Below, piece after piece: positions 1-10,000 of a stretch of 32,114 nucleotides of DNA. The stretch is from positions 1-32,114 of the forward strand of contig JAFGTO010000083.1 in assembly GCA_016934095.1 (NCBI GenBank), read 5' to 3'. Source of the stretch: Candidatus Glassbacteria bacterium (GTDB lineage Bacteria > Gemmatimonadota > Glassbacteria > GWA2-58-10). The first letter of the stretch is position 1; each line of letters opens with the position of its first letter. The notes under the pieces are model-generated. The model saw only the letters and a list, made by a program, of their open reading frames with translations. It did no database searches and had not been told where the DNA came from. A program made the translations under genes and the position numbers.

Positions 1-69
1 GAGTTTCTATATGTTATGCAATTAATGTCTTCTTACCGCATGTTGTCGTCCCAAGAGTGGAAACGGCCC

Positions 70-101
70 TTGACAGCCTTTATACCCTGAATCCTTAATG
101 T
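70..101 (+). promoter_or_regulatory. Possible sigma-70 promoter for sprA
   Basis: Perfect TTGACA at 70-75 but only a weak -10 candidate (CTTAAT 94-99, 18-nt spacer). Confidence 0.3.
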
Positions 102-298
102 TTCAACACGCTTTTAGAGTGTATCATGAGGGGGATTAGTCTTTTGGTCCCACGCCTTTTCAACCAAGCCGTTGCCGCTTGAATGTCCCCAAAACATCCC
201 CCCAGGCCGGCGGCCAATTCCCCGTTCAACGCGGTAAGCAGGTAATACGGATGGTTCCGATCAAGACCGGGGTGCTTATCGACCGCATCTATCAAAAC

Positions 299-3200
299 AT
301 GCCGGAATACAAGCCCGCAAACCGATTGGCCGGACCGGTCCCCGGTGCCGGCCGCAGGCTGCTTCAGCTCGTCATGCTGATCCTGTTGCTGCCGGCGGTC
401 TCTCAGGGTTTCCCGCCGGATGAGGAAGGCAAGCTTCCTTTCAAGGTGGACCGGGAGAAGAAGAACCGGATCGGCTTCAAGACAGTCAAGCCTTTTCTCC
501 AGTTGAAAAAAATCGGGCGCGAGCGGCTGGACTACGACCTGGAGACCGGCTCCGTAGTGGAGACTATCATCCTGCCGGGCACCGGCGGCGCCGGAGACAT
601 GGTCCTGCAGATCCACCACTACTCGGTGCTGGACTACCTCGACCAGCATGTCCGGGAAATGGAGGAGGAGGCGTTTTCCGAGGTCTCGAGCAAGTACCTG
701 ACCGGAGAAGTGGCGGCCGGGCGCCAGGGGGGGACCCGACAGGGGATCATGCCGGAGATCAACCTGCCCGATTTCATGCCCAAGTCCCTGGCCTCGATCA
801 TCGGCGAGGGCACCGGGTCGCTGTCCATCCACGGACGCAGCGTCACCGAGCTCAGCGGCACCACCTCCTTCCAGAAGCCCGAAGACCAGTCCCTCTTCCG
901 CCGTCAGAGCAAGTTCCCGCGGCTGAAGCTGGACCAGCGCCAGCAGATCAATATCGAGGGCGTGATCGGCACCAAGATCCATGTCTTTGTCGACTACAAC
1001 AGCCAGAACGAGTTCGCCAACCGCAACAAGATCGAGGTCAAGTACGTGGGCGAGGAGGATGAGATCCTCCAGAGCCTGGAGCTGGGGGATGTGAACCTCA
1101 GCCTGCCGCCGAGCATGCTGGTCTCGGCCAATATCCCCCGGGGCAACTTCGGGATCAAGGGCCAGACCCGCCTGGGAGCGCTGACCACCACTTTCATCGC
1201 CTCCAAGGAAGAGGGCGAATCCAGCAACAAGAATATCAAGATCCCGGTCACCGGCACGGCCGAAGCCAGCGACTCCACGGTGCTGGCGGACGTTAATTTC
1301 AGCACCAACCGGCACTTCCTGCTGGTGGACACCAGCCGCATCGCCAACAGGCATATCAAGTTCCTCGAAAGGCGCGGAGTGGTCCTCAAGAACCCGGGAG
1401 AGATGCCGCAGCGGGTCAGGGTGTTCAAGGACAACGCCAACCGGACGGATGACAACACCGGCGACAACCAGGCCCGGCCGGGCTACATGTTCATGGACCC
1501 GAACCATCCCGACCCCACCTCCAACGAGGACTTAGAGTTCGGTTTTTTCAACGAGATGGTGATCGGCCGCGACTACGTGCTCGAGGAGTGCGGGGCGGTG
1601 ATCAGCTTCGTGGGCTATGTCGGCCCCCAGGAAAGGATCGGGGTGATCTACCAGCAGTTGGACGGGAACTGGGTGGGTTCCGCCGGGACCAGGCCGAGCG
1701 ACACCCTCCAGCTCAAGCTGATCAAGCCCGACCTGCTGAATACCGAGCACGCGGCCTGGCCGCTGATGTTGCGCAACGTCTACTCTTTCGGCGGCTACGG
1801 GGCGATCAACCAGACTAATTTCAGCATAGATATCTTCACCAACCAGACCCCGCCGCGCTACGATGAGTATGACAGCAAAGAAGGCAAGACCAGGACTTTC
1901 CTGGAGATTTTCGGCCTGGACAACGACGGAGACACCAAGGTAGACCCGGCCTACATCGATTTCACCAGGGGACTGGTTTTTTTCCCCTCGCTCGAGCCTT
2001 TCCGCCAGCCCTATAACAATGAGAACGAATCTTTCGCCCTGCTGACCAAAAACAGGCTGATGTACACCGAGGATGCCATCGAGAGGCTCAACACCCGGGA
2101 ATACCAGAAGTACAACATCATTCTCCGCTACAACCGGGCCGAGGGGAGCTCGGCCCGCACGTTCGACCTGGGAGCCATGCAGATCGTCGAGAACTCGGAG
2201 CGCATCTATATCAACGAGAGACTGCTGCGGCGGGGGGTGGACTACACCATCGACTACCAGTTCGGCCAGCTCACCCTGAAACCCACGGTGGAGATACCGC
2301 CTAACTCGGAAGTCAAGGTGGATTTCGAGGAAGTGCCGCTTTTCGCCACCGGTAATACCAGTCTCTTCGGCTTCCACAACGAGTACGAGTTCGACCCTCA
2401 GCGCCGCAACTACCTGACCAGCACCATGTTTTTCCAGAGTATCGAGAGCGTGGACCGTACTTTCGTGCGCCTGGGCGATGAGCCCAAGACCAGCATGCTG
2501 GGCGAGCTCGGCGGCAAGTTCGAGTTCGATTCCGAGCGGCTGACCGGCTGGCTCAACGAGCTGCCCCTCTTCCAGTCGCGCACGCCGTCGAGGATCAACC
2601 TCACAGGGGGGCTGGCCTTTTCCAACCCCAACCCCAACACCCAGGGCGGCGTGCTGATCGAGGACTTCGAGACTTCCAAGATCGAGAACCCCCTGCTGAG
2701 GCTGACCCACCAAACCTGGAGGGCGAGCAGCCTGCCGGAAGGCGAGAGCGGGATGAGCTATGACGGGTGGACATGGGAGGAAGCGGCCACGGCTTTCTGG
2801 TTCGACCCCTATTACCTGAGCGCCACCCGCTATGGGTTCTACGAGCAGGATGTGTTCGGCCAGATCGAAGGCCGCTTCGAGCGCCACCGCCAGCTTCCCG
2901 TGTCAGCGATCTCGGTGGTGTTCGAGCCCCAGCGCAGGGCCAACGGCCGGATGATCGACAAGGTGAACGAGACCGAGATGAGAAGGAGCTGGCGCTCGAT
3001 AGTCCAGGCGGTGAGCGAGACCGGCATCGTGGGCATGGACGAGCGCGAGTTCCTGCAGATTTTCATCGCCACCGGCCGGGACCAGGGCAAGCTGATTATC
3101 GATTTCGGCCAGGTGAACGAAGACCAGGTGCGCTTCAACGAGGCGGGCGAGCCGGTGGGCATAAGCCGGATGGACACCGAGGACAAGAACTTCGACGGCC

Positions 3201-6200
3201 GGCTGGACCACAACGAGGACACCGGCTTGGACGGGGAGCCGGGGGCCGACCGCGACTGGGTCGAGGGAAGCCCGGATGACGGCAACGACGACTACTACCG
3301 CCCGAGCGAGCAGGATATTGTCGACGGCAGGTGGATCAACCTGACCGAGGGCAACAATAAGGGCATGATCGGGGCCAGCTTCGATACCGAAGACCTCAAC
3401 ACCAACGGAGTCCTGGACCTTACCGAGCGCGTGTTCCGCGTTATCCTCGACCTGAAGACCCTGGAGCTGGAGGGCAGCAACATCCCGGTCGAGGACCGGA
3501 ACGTGATGATCGACCATATACCCTACGACCCGCTGGTCAACGAGGTGCGCCAGAACTGGGAGCACCTTATCGGCACGGACGACTGGTACATGCTGCAGAT
3601 ACCCCTGCCCAAGGAGGGCAGCCGGGCCGAGCAATGGTACCGCAAGATCGGCGGGCCCTCGCTGAGCAACATCCTGCACGTTCGGTTCACCCTTTACGAT
3701 TTCACCAAGGCCGACACGGTGAACTTTGCAGCCGTGGCTTTCGTGGGCAACCGCTTCAAGACGGAGCAGGCGGGGGTATCCCAGCGCCTGGAAGAGACCA
3801 TTATCCTGGACACCCTCTCAACTGAGATTAAAGTCCTGGAGCCGGATGAACAGGAGGTCTCCCAGGCCGGCCTGCTGGCCGCCGGGGGGTTCCGCGGGGT
3901 GGTGGATGTCAACACGGTCAATACCATCCTGAACAACGAGTACTACCCGCCGCCCATGGTCAGCGCCACCCTCAACAAGTTCAACCGCAGCGGCCGTCAG
4001 GAGGATTTCACCGCCCAGGAAAGCGCCCTCAGGCTCGAATACCGCGACCTGCAGAGGGGCTACGAGGGATCGGCCCTCAAGGCCGAGAACAACCAGCAGA
4101 GCTACCTGGATTACGCCTCGATGAGTTTCCATGTCAACGGCCGCCAGGGACCGTACGACCCCAAGCCCACTTTCTTCATCCGCATCGGCACCGACCGCGA
4201 AAACTACTACGAATATTCCATGGCGGTGGATACCGGCTGGACCGAGGTGACCGTGCCGTTCGACGCTTTGCTGAAGCTGAAAGAGGACCAGCAGTCCATG
4301 CTGGACTTGCGCCAGATCCAGAACTTCGACAAGGATGTCAAGCGCGGGCCCTACCGCATCAAGGGCAATCCCTCGCTGACCAAGGTCACGATAATGTCTG
4401 TGGGTATCGCCAACGAGAGCAGCGACGTGCCGGTCTCCGGGGAGATCTGGATCGATGACGTCCGCCTGACCGACGTGATCAAGGAGTTCGGGATCAACAG
4501 CCGGATGCAGGTGGACGCGCAGCTTTCCGACCTGGGCAGGGTCAACTTTTCGGTGGCGGCCCGCGACAACAAGTTCCGCAACCTCAATGAGAGCATCCCC
4601 CGCAACAGCAGCTTCGACTACAATGTCGGCGGCTCGCTGAATGTCGACCGGCTGGTCCCGGACAAGTGGGGACTGAGGCTGCCGGTAAACTTCCGCAAGA
4701 CTTTCCGCCGGAACAGTCCCAGGTTCCACCCGGGGAGCGAGGACGTGACCATCCAGTCGGCCGAGAACAAGGAGCGCTACAAGACCGAGACCACCAGCCA
4801 TAATTTCAGTATCAGCTATTCCAAGAGCAAGGGTACCCGGACCCTGTCGCGTTACCTGTTCGACCGGCTGAACGGTTCCCTGAGCTACAACTCTTCGCGC
4901 ACCATCGCGCCGAAGAGCCTCAGCAACAACACCAGTATCAGCGGCAGGCTGACCTACCGGGCCACCCTGCCGCGGGATGCCGAACAGGCCATTTTCCCCC
5001 CCCGGATTTTCGGCTTCCTGGACAAGGTGCCCCTGCCCTACTTTTTCAAGACCAGCGGTCTGGTACAGGGTGTGGCCCAGACGAAGCTGCGCTACATGCC
5101 CAACGATTTCGAGCTCGACACCTCGGGCAACTACAACCGCAGGGTGAGCTACAACCCGATTTCCGACCTGATCAGCCCGGACACTTCGTTCATGACTACC
5201 AGCGGGGTGAGGGTGCGCTACAGCCCGGTCGTCTCGGCGCAGACCAGCTACGACCTGCAGGTAGACAGAAACATGCTGGCCAAGCAGGAGGGCGGCAAGC
5301 TGCTGGGGTTCGACATCGGCAAAGAGGTCGGGCGCAAGCAGGGAGTGCAGCTTCAGCTTGCGCCCAAGTCGATACCCTGGCTGCAGCCGAACTACCGCTA
5401 CCAGGGCGACTACAACAACGATTTCCTCACGCCGCGGTATAACGGCGTGGAGAGCGTGGACCGCAACTTCCGCAAGTTCGACAGCCGCCGGCAGGAGACA
5501 GTTAACCTGAGGTTCATGCTGCCGCAGTTCCGCAAGTCGCTGGCCGGGATGCGCCTGACCGACCCGGCGGCGGCCAGGAAAAAGCAACAGCAGGCAGCCC
5601 CCGGCAAAAGCTCCTCGGCCGCGTATACGCGGACTCCCAAGAAGCCTGGAGGCACCGGAGGCAAGAGCATTTTCAGCCGGTTCATTTTCAGACCCATCAA
5701 CTATTTCCTCGACAGCTTCGACCCGCTTTCCGTGCAGCTTAGCCGCAACCGGCAGGAGCGCTGGGACAAGATGGAGCGCAACCCGGGGTTGCTCTACCAG
5801 ATCGGGCTGGCCGAGCTGGATGCAGACACCAGGATCCGGCCGACCATGAGCGACTCCACCCGGGTGGACACCGCCAATTTCGCCGCGATGAACTGGAGCT
5901 TCACCCGCGCCTACAGCAGCGGGTTCCGTCTCTACAAGGCCAGGATCAGCGGCAACTACATGGAGAACGGCGGCAACTCACACAATATCAACGGTTACAC
6001 CTTCAACCGCCAGAACGGCCCCGAGTATAACTTCGATTACTCGGATGTCTATGTCCCGGGCTTCCTGCGCGGCGCCCTGGCCAGGGTGGACTTTGCCAGC
6101 GGGTACGAGCTGAAGAAGAGCTTCCGGGGGAACAGCAACAAGATGGTAGTGCTCCAGGAGGGCGATGAGCCGATTGCCTGGGAGCGCCAGCTCGGCGTCG

Positions 6201-6715
6201 AGACTATCACCCGCGAGGAGAACTGGCGGCCCAAGTACAGGGTGTCCGCAGACTGGGGCCGGACCGGTACGATACGCACACGCTACACCAAGAACGAATC
6301 CTACAAGCGGGACTTCCTGCTGGAAACCAACAAATTCTCTATCACCGAAAACTCCGACGACAATTTCAACCTGCAGTACTCTTTCAGCGCACCCCACGGT
6401 ATCTCTTTGCCCTTCCTCAAAGGGATCAAGCTCCAGAGCAATGTCCGCACCTCGATTGATTTAAGCAGAAGGATCAACCGGACTTATACCCAGGTGCTGG
6501 ACGAGCTCGGCAAGGTGGCGCTCGACGACAAGGGCCTGCCGCAGGAAATAATCAACCGGGACACAGAGGACATCTCGATTACACCCACCCTGAGTTATGA
6601 CTTCGCCCAGGTCATCGGCAGCCTCTCGGCTTCCTACAACTCCATGAAAGACCGCAAGAACGGCACAACCCGGGTTACGATCTCGATGAAAGTCACCGTG
6701 CAGCTCGATTTTTGA
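299..6715 (+). CDS. sprA: SprA/Sov-like giant outer-membrane beta-barrel (T9SS translocon homolog)
   Basis: ORF 179..6715 (2178 aa). Likely start is ATG 299 (or 251), giving a signal-peptide-like N-terminus (RRLLQLVMLILLLPAVSQG). SprA-type motifs: DYNSQNEFANRNKIEVKYVGEEDEILQSLELGDV, WPLMLRNVY, GVDYTIDYQFGQL, DTGLDG, TEDLNTNG, GNPSL...SGEIWIDDVRL. Beta-strand-rich C-terminal third ending in Phe (VQLDF, BAM-type signal). Confidence 0.85.
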   Translation: MPEYKPANRLAGPVPGAGRRLLQLVMLILLLPAVSQGFPPDEEGKLPFKVDREKKNRIGFKTVKPFLQLKKIGRERLDYDLETGSVVETIILPGTGGAGDMVLQIHHYSVLDYLDQHVREMEEEAFSEVSSKYLTGEVAAGRQGGTRQGIMPEINLPDFMPKSLASIIGEGTGSLSIHGRSVTELSGTTSFQKPEDQSLFRRQSKFPRLKLDQRQQINIEGVIGTKIHVFVDYNSQNEFANRNKIEVKYVGEEDEILQSLELGDVNLSLPPSMLVSANIPRGNFGIKGQTRLGALTTTFIASKEEGESSNKNIKIPVTGTAEASDSTVLADVNFSTNRHFLLVDTSRIANRHIKFLERRGVVLKNPGEMPQRVRVFKDNANRTDDNTGDNQARPGYMFMDPNHPDPTSNEDLEFGFFNEMVIGRDYVLEECGAVISFVGYVGPQERIGVIYQQLDGNWVGSAGTRPSDTLQLKLIKPDLLNTEHAAWPLMLRNVYSFGGYGAINQTNFSIDIFTNQTPPRYDEYDSKEGKTRTFLEIFGLDNDGDTKVDPAYIDFTRGLVFFPSLEPFRQPYNNENESFALLTKNRLMYTEDAIERLNTREYQKYNIILRYNRAEGSSARTFDLGAMQIVENSERIYINERLLRRGVDYTIDYQFGQLTLKPTVEIPPNSEVKVDFEEVPLFATGNTSLFGFHNEYEFDPQRRNYLTSTMFFQSIESVDRTFVRLGDEPKTSMLGELGGKFEFDSERLTGWLNELPLFQSRTPSRINLTGGLAFSNPNPNTQGGVLIEDFETSKIENPLLRLTHQTWRASSLPEGESGMSYDGWTWEEAATAFWFDPYYLSATRYGFYEQDVFGQIEGRFERHRQLPVSAISVVFEPQRRANGRMIDKVNETEMRRSWRSIVQAVSETGIVGMDEREFLQIFIATGRDQGKLIIDFGQVNEDQVRFNEAGEPVGISRMDTEDKNFDGRLDHNEDTGLDGEPGADRDWVEGSPDDGNDDYYRPSEQDIVDGRWINLTEGNNKGMIGASFDTEDLNTNGVLDLTERVFRVILDLKTLELEGSNIPVEDRNVMIDHIPYDPLVNEVRQNWEHLIGTDDWYMLQIPLPKEGSRAEQWYRKIGGPSLSNILHVRFTLYDFTKADTVNFAAVAFVGNRFKTEQAGVSQRLEETIILDTLSTEIKVLEPDEQEVSQAGLLAAGGFRGVVDVNTVNTILNNEYYPPPMVSATLNKFNRSGRQEDFTAQESALRLEYRDLQRGYEGSALKAENNQQSYLDYASMSFHVNGRQGPYDPKPTFFIRIGTDRENYYEYSMAVDTGWTEVTVPFDALLKLKEDQQSMLDLRQIQNFDKDVKRGPYRIKGNPSLTKVTIMSVGIANESSDVPVSGEIWIDDVRLTDVIKEFGINSRMQVDAQLSDLGRVNFSVAARDNKFRNLNESIPRNSSFDYNVGGSLNVDRLVPDKWGLRLPVNFRKTFRRNSPRFHPGSEDVTIQSAENKERYKTETTSHNFSISYSKSKGTRTLSRYLFDRLNGSLSYNSSRTIAPKSLSNNTSISGRLTYRATLPRDAEQAIFPPRIFGFLDKVPLPYFFKTSGLVQGVAQTKLRYMPNDFELDTSGNYNRRVSYNPISDLISPDTSFMTTSGVRVRYSPVVSAQTSYDLQVDRNMLAKQEGGKLLGFDIGKEVGRKQGVQLQLAPKSIPWLQPNYRYQGDYNNDFLTPRYNGVESVDRNFRKFDSRRQETVNLRFMLPQFRKSLAGMRLTDPAAARKKQQQAAPGKSSSAAYTRTPKKPGGTGGKSIFSRFIFRPINYFLDSFDPLSVQLSRNRQERWDKMERNPGLLYQIGLAELDADTRIRPTMSDSTRVDTANFAAMNWSFTRAYSSGFRLYKARISGNYMENGGNSHNINGYTFNRQNGPEYNFDYSDVYVPGFLRGALARVDFASGYELKKSFRGNSNKMVVLQEGDEPIAWERQLGVETITREENWRPKYRVSADWGRTGTIRTRYTKNESYKRDFLLETNKFSITENSDDNFNLQYSFSAPHGISLPFLKGIKLQSNVRTSIDLSRRINRTYTQVLDELGKVALDDKGLPQEIINRDTEDISITPTLSYDFAQVIGSLSASYNSMKDRKNGTTRVTISMKVTVQLDF

Positions 6716-6731
6716 TTTTTTTCCGGCGGGA

Positions 6732-6905
6732 CCTCTCCAGGTTGCGGCCTGCTGTATACCGGCGGCTGCCGTACCGTATAACCTGATATTTACGGCAGGG
6801 GTAATAAGACCTCTACAGGAACCCTGATCCTAAGCCACCGGTTGAGCCGCCGGCGGACGTATGACCCCACTTCCCGGTATCTGCCGCAGGAGAGGGATCT
6901 CTCCT
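6732..6905. ncRNA. Candidate structured RNA (rod-like, 6S-like topology) ending in a terminator-like hairpin
   Basis: Nested complementary segments CCTCTCC/GGAGAGG, TGCGGC/GCCGCA, ATACCGG/CCGGTAT and GGGGTAATA/TATGACCCC, plus internal hairpin CTGCCGTA/TACGGCAG. No family recognised by sequence. Confidence 0.35.
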
Positions 6906-6908
6906 TTC
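6888..6908 (+). terminator. Hairpin AGGAGAG-GGAT-CTCTCCT followed by a short T tract
   Basis: 7-bp perfect stem with 4-nt loop downstream of sprA. The U-tail is weak. Confidence 0.35.
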
Positions 6909-7096
6909 ACCTATTATCCGAAAAACCTTGAGATTACCAGGGTCAACTTATAATTTATTCTGCATGAAAATAACGGATTCCCGGTTCGCGCCGGGAAGCA
7001 GTGTATACACCTTGGCTCAGGCCAGGCTTTCATCTTTCAGCCAGTCGATCCGACATAAACCTGATTAAGTAAAAGATCAGGATTGGAGTTTTTCCG

Positions 7097-10000
7097 ATGT
7101 CCGGGAACAAGCCTTCATATCAGGAATTGGAAAAAAGAGTGCGGGAGCTCGAGAAAGCAGAGGCCGGGAGAAACCCAAAAGAGAACGGCCTGCCGGAATC
7201 GGGGAAAAATCTTAGAATGATTTTAGACGACCTTACAGATACGATATTTCAACTGACTCCCTCAGGCGTTATTCAATATGTAAGCCCGAACGTAAAAAAA
7301 CTTTGCGGCTATCACCCTGAGGAGCTTATCGGAAAACATCTTAGAAAAACTACGCCCGCTCCCGAGATACCGAAAGCCTTAGAAGCTATCAAGGAAGTCC
7401 TGGCGGGAAAAACGGTAAAAGCCCTGGAAATAAACCAGAAAAACAGCAGGGGAAAAATTATTCCTGTCGAGATCGATGCCGGTCCGGTGAGATTGGGTGG
7501 CAAGATAGTCGCAGTGCAGGGAATTATGAGAGACCTTGCCGAGCGCAAGCAGATAGACAGGCTGCTGCGGGAATCAGAGAAAAAATATCGCGACCTGGTA
7601 AATAACTCCCTGGTGGGTGTATACCAGACAAATCTCAAGGGAGATATTCTCTATGCAAACAAAGCCCTGGCGAAGATTTTCGGTTTCAGGTCAATTGAGA
7701 AGCTCCGGGCAGAAGGAGTTCTTGCCAGGTACAGGGACGTTAAAGACAGAAAAGTCTTAATCGAAAAACTGTTGAATGCAGGCAGGGTTACCAACTTTTC
7801 TTTTGAAGTGGTGGCAAAAACAGGTGCAACGAAGAATGCTTTATTAAGCGCATCTCTCGACGGAGAGGTAATATCAGGAATGATTATGGATGTCACCGGG
7901 CTTAAAATATCGGAAGAGGCGCTGAGAAAAAGTGAAGAGCTGTTCCGTGCTGTAGCGGAATCCGCTTCAGCGGGAATCAGTACTGCAGATGACAAGCAAA
8001 ACCTGATTTATAATAACCCTGCCTTTGTCAAAATGCTGGGCTACTCGAAAAAAGAAATGTCAGGGATGAATATTTCCCGGATTACGGATCCGCAGGAGTA
8101 TGAAAAAATACGGAAGATGACAAAACTGAGAATGAAGGGCCTGAGAAATACATACGAAACCGTGCTGCTTCGCAAGGACGGCACTCCTCTGGATGTAACG
8201 ATTTCAGCCTCGCCGCTTACCTCTCCGGAAGGCGGCTACCAGGAAACGCTTGCAGTCATCAATGATATCACCGAGCGGAAAAAAATGGAAAAAGCCCTGC
8301 TCCGCTCGATTGAAATGGAACGGCTGGTTATTTACATATTGACGGATATTACGAATATCCCTGCCGAGGAAATCGACAGCGGAATAGACCGCACCTTGCG
8401 GTCAATCGGTGAGTTTTTTGGCGTTGACCGTAATTTTCTTTTCCAACTGGCGGAGAACGGAAAACATCTGAAATTGACCCATGAATGGTGTGCCATAGAT
8501 CTGGAGCCGCTGATCGTCAAAACCAAAGAAATACCGGCTTCTTCCAATTATTGGTGGATGAAGCGCCTCAGATGCTTTGAGAACGTTCAGATCCCCCGTA
8601 TGAGTAATCAGCCATCCAAAGCCAAAGCCTTGAGAGACGCTTTTCCGGACCGGGAAATAAAATCACTTCTTCTTATACCGATAATATACGGCCGGTCCCT
8701 TATCGGGTTTACCGGCTATGAATCTATCAGGTCAGAGAAGACCTGGACGGACCAGGATATCGAGCTCCTTATCACGATGGCCGACATAATTGCAAACTCC
8801 ATAGAGCGCAAGAAAACAGAGGAAGCCTTGCTGAAAAGCAAGAAGAAATATCAATCCCTGATAGAGAGCACCAATGACATCGTTTATTCGGTAGATACTA
8901 ATGGAAACTTTACCTATATCAGCCCGCAGGTTAAACGATACGGCTATAGCTGCGAAGAGATCCTTTCCCGAAATTTTCAGGAATGGGTAATCCCTGAAGA
9001 CAGGCAAAGAACACTCCAGGATTTTCAAAGGACAATGTCTACCGGAGAAGAATTTGTCACTTATTTTAGAGTTGCGGATAAAGCAGAACTCACTCATTGG
9101 TTTGAAGAAAACGGCAGGGTCATATATGACCGGGACGGGAATGCCCTGGGTATGACCGGTGTCTTGCGAAACATCGACGAGCGCAAGCAGCTTGAAGAAG
9201 AACTAATCAAGTATGCAAAAATCGAGAGCCTGGGAGTTCTGGCGGGTGGGATAGCTCATGATTTCAACAATATCCTGGGCTCGATCCTGGGGAATATTTC
9301 CCTGGCAAATATGTTGACAGAAAAAGCCGGTAAATCTCACGCTCTCTTAAAGGAGGCTGAGGATGCATGCCTCAGGGCAAAGGATTTAATTCAGCAGTTG
9401 ATCACCTTTTCCAAGGAAGGAGCGCCGGTTAAGAAAACGGCTTCTATTGCGGAGGTGATAGAAGAAACCACGGTCTTTTCTCTTAGAGGAACGAATGTAA
9501 AAAGCGCATTTTACCTTGCTGACGATCTCTGGCCTGCCGAGGTCGATGTCAGCCAGATCAGCCAGGTCATCAACAACCTGGTCATCAACGCCTGCCAGGC
9601 TATGCCGGAAGGCGGCACAATCCGGATTCATGCTCAAAACATCGTTCTCGACAAGGGGAGTACTCTGCCCCTGGATAAAGGCAAATATGTGAAAATTTCA
9701 ATAAAAGATACCGGTACCGGGATATCCCAAAAGCATTTGCCTAAGATCTTCGATCCATATTTCACTACTAAGCAGAAAGGCGGCGGACTTGGCCTTACCA
9801 CAGCTTATTCGATAGTCCAAAAACATTCGGGATGCATTACCGTGGACTCGGAGCTGGGAGTTGGTACGACCATTTACATTTATCTTTCGGCCTCCGTGAA
9901 AAAGGCGCAAAAAGAAAGAATCAGGAAGAAAGCATCTCCGGGGAAAGCGAAAATCCTGGTAATGGATGACGATGAAGGTTTCAGGGATGCGCTGGGCGGA

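Noticed and set aside
179-298. TTG start of sprA at 179
   Set aside because: It would push the hydrophobic signal segment more than 60 aa from the N-terminus. ATG 299 or 251 is more plausible.
95-5587. Long minus-strand ORFs opposite sprA (470, 451, 258 and 589 aa)
   Set aside because: Antisense shadows produced by strong C/G third-position bias. They have V/L/A/H/Q-rich composition and no recognisable motifs.
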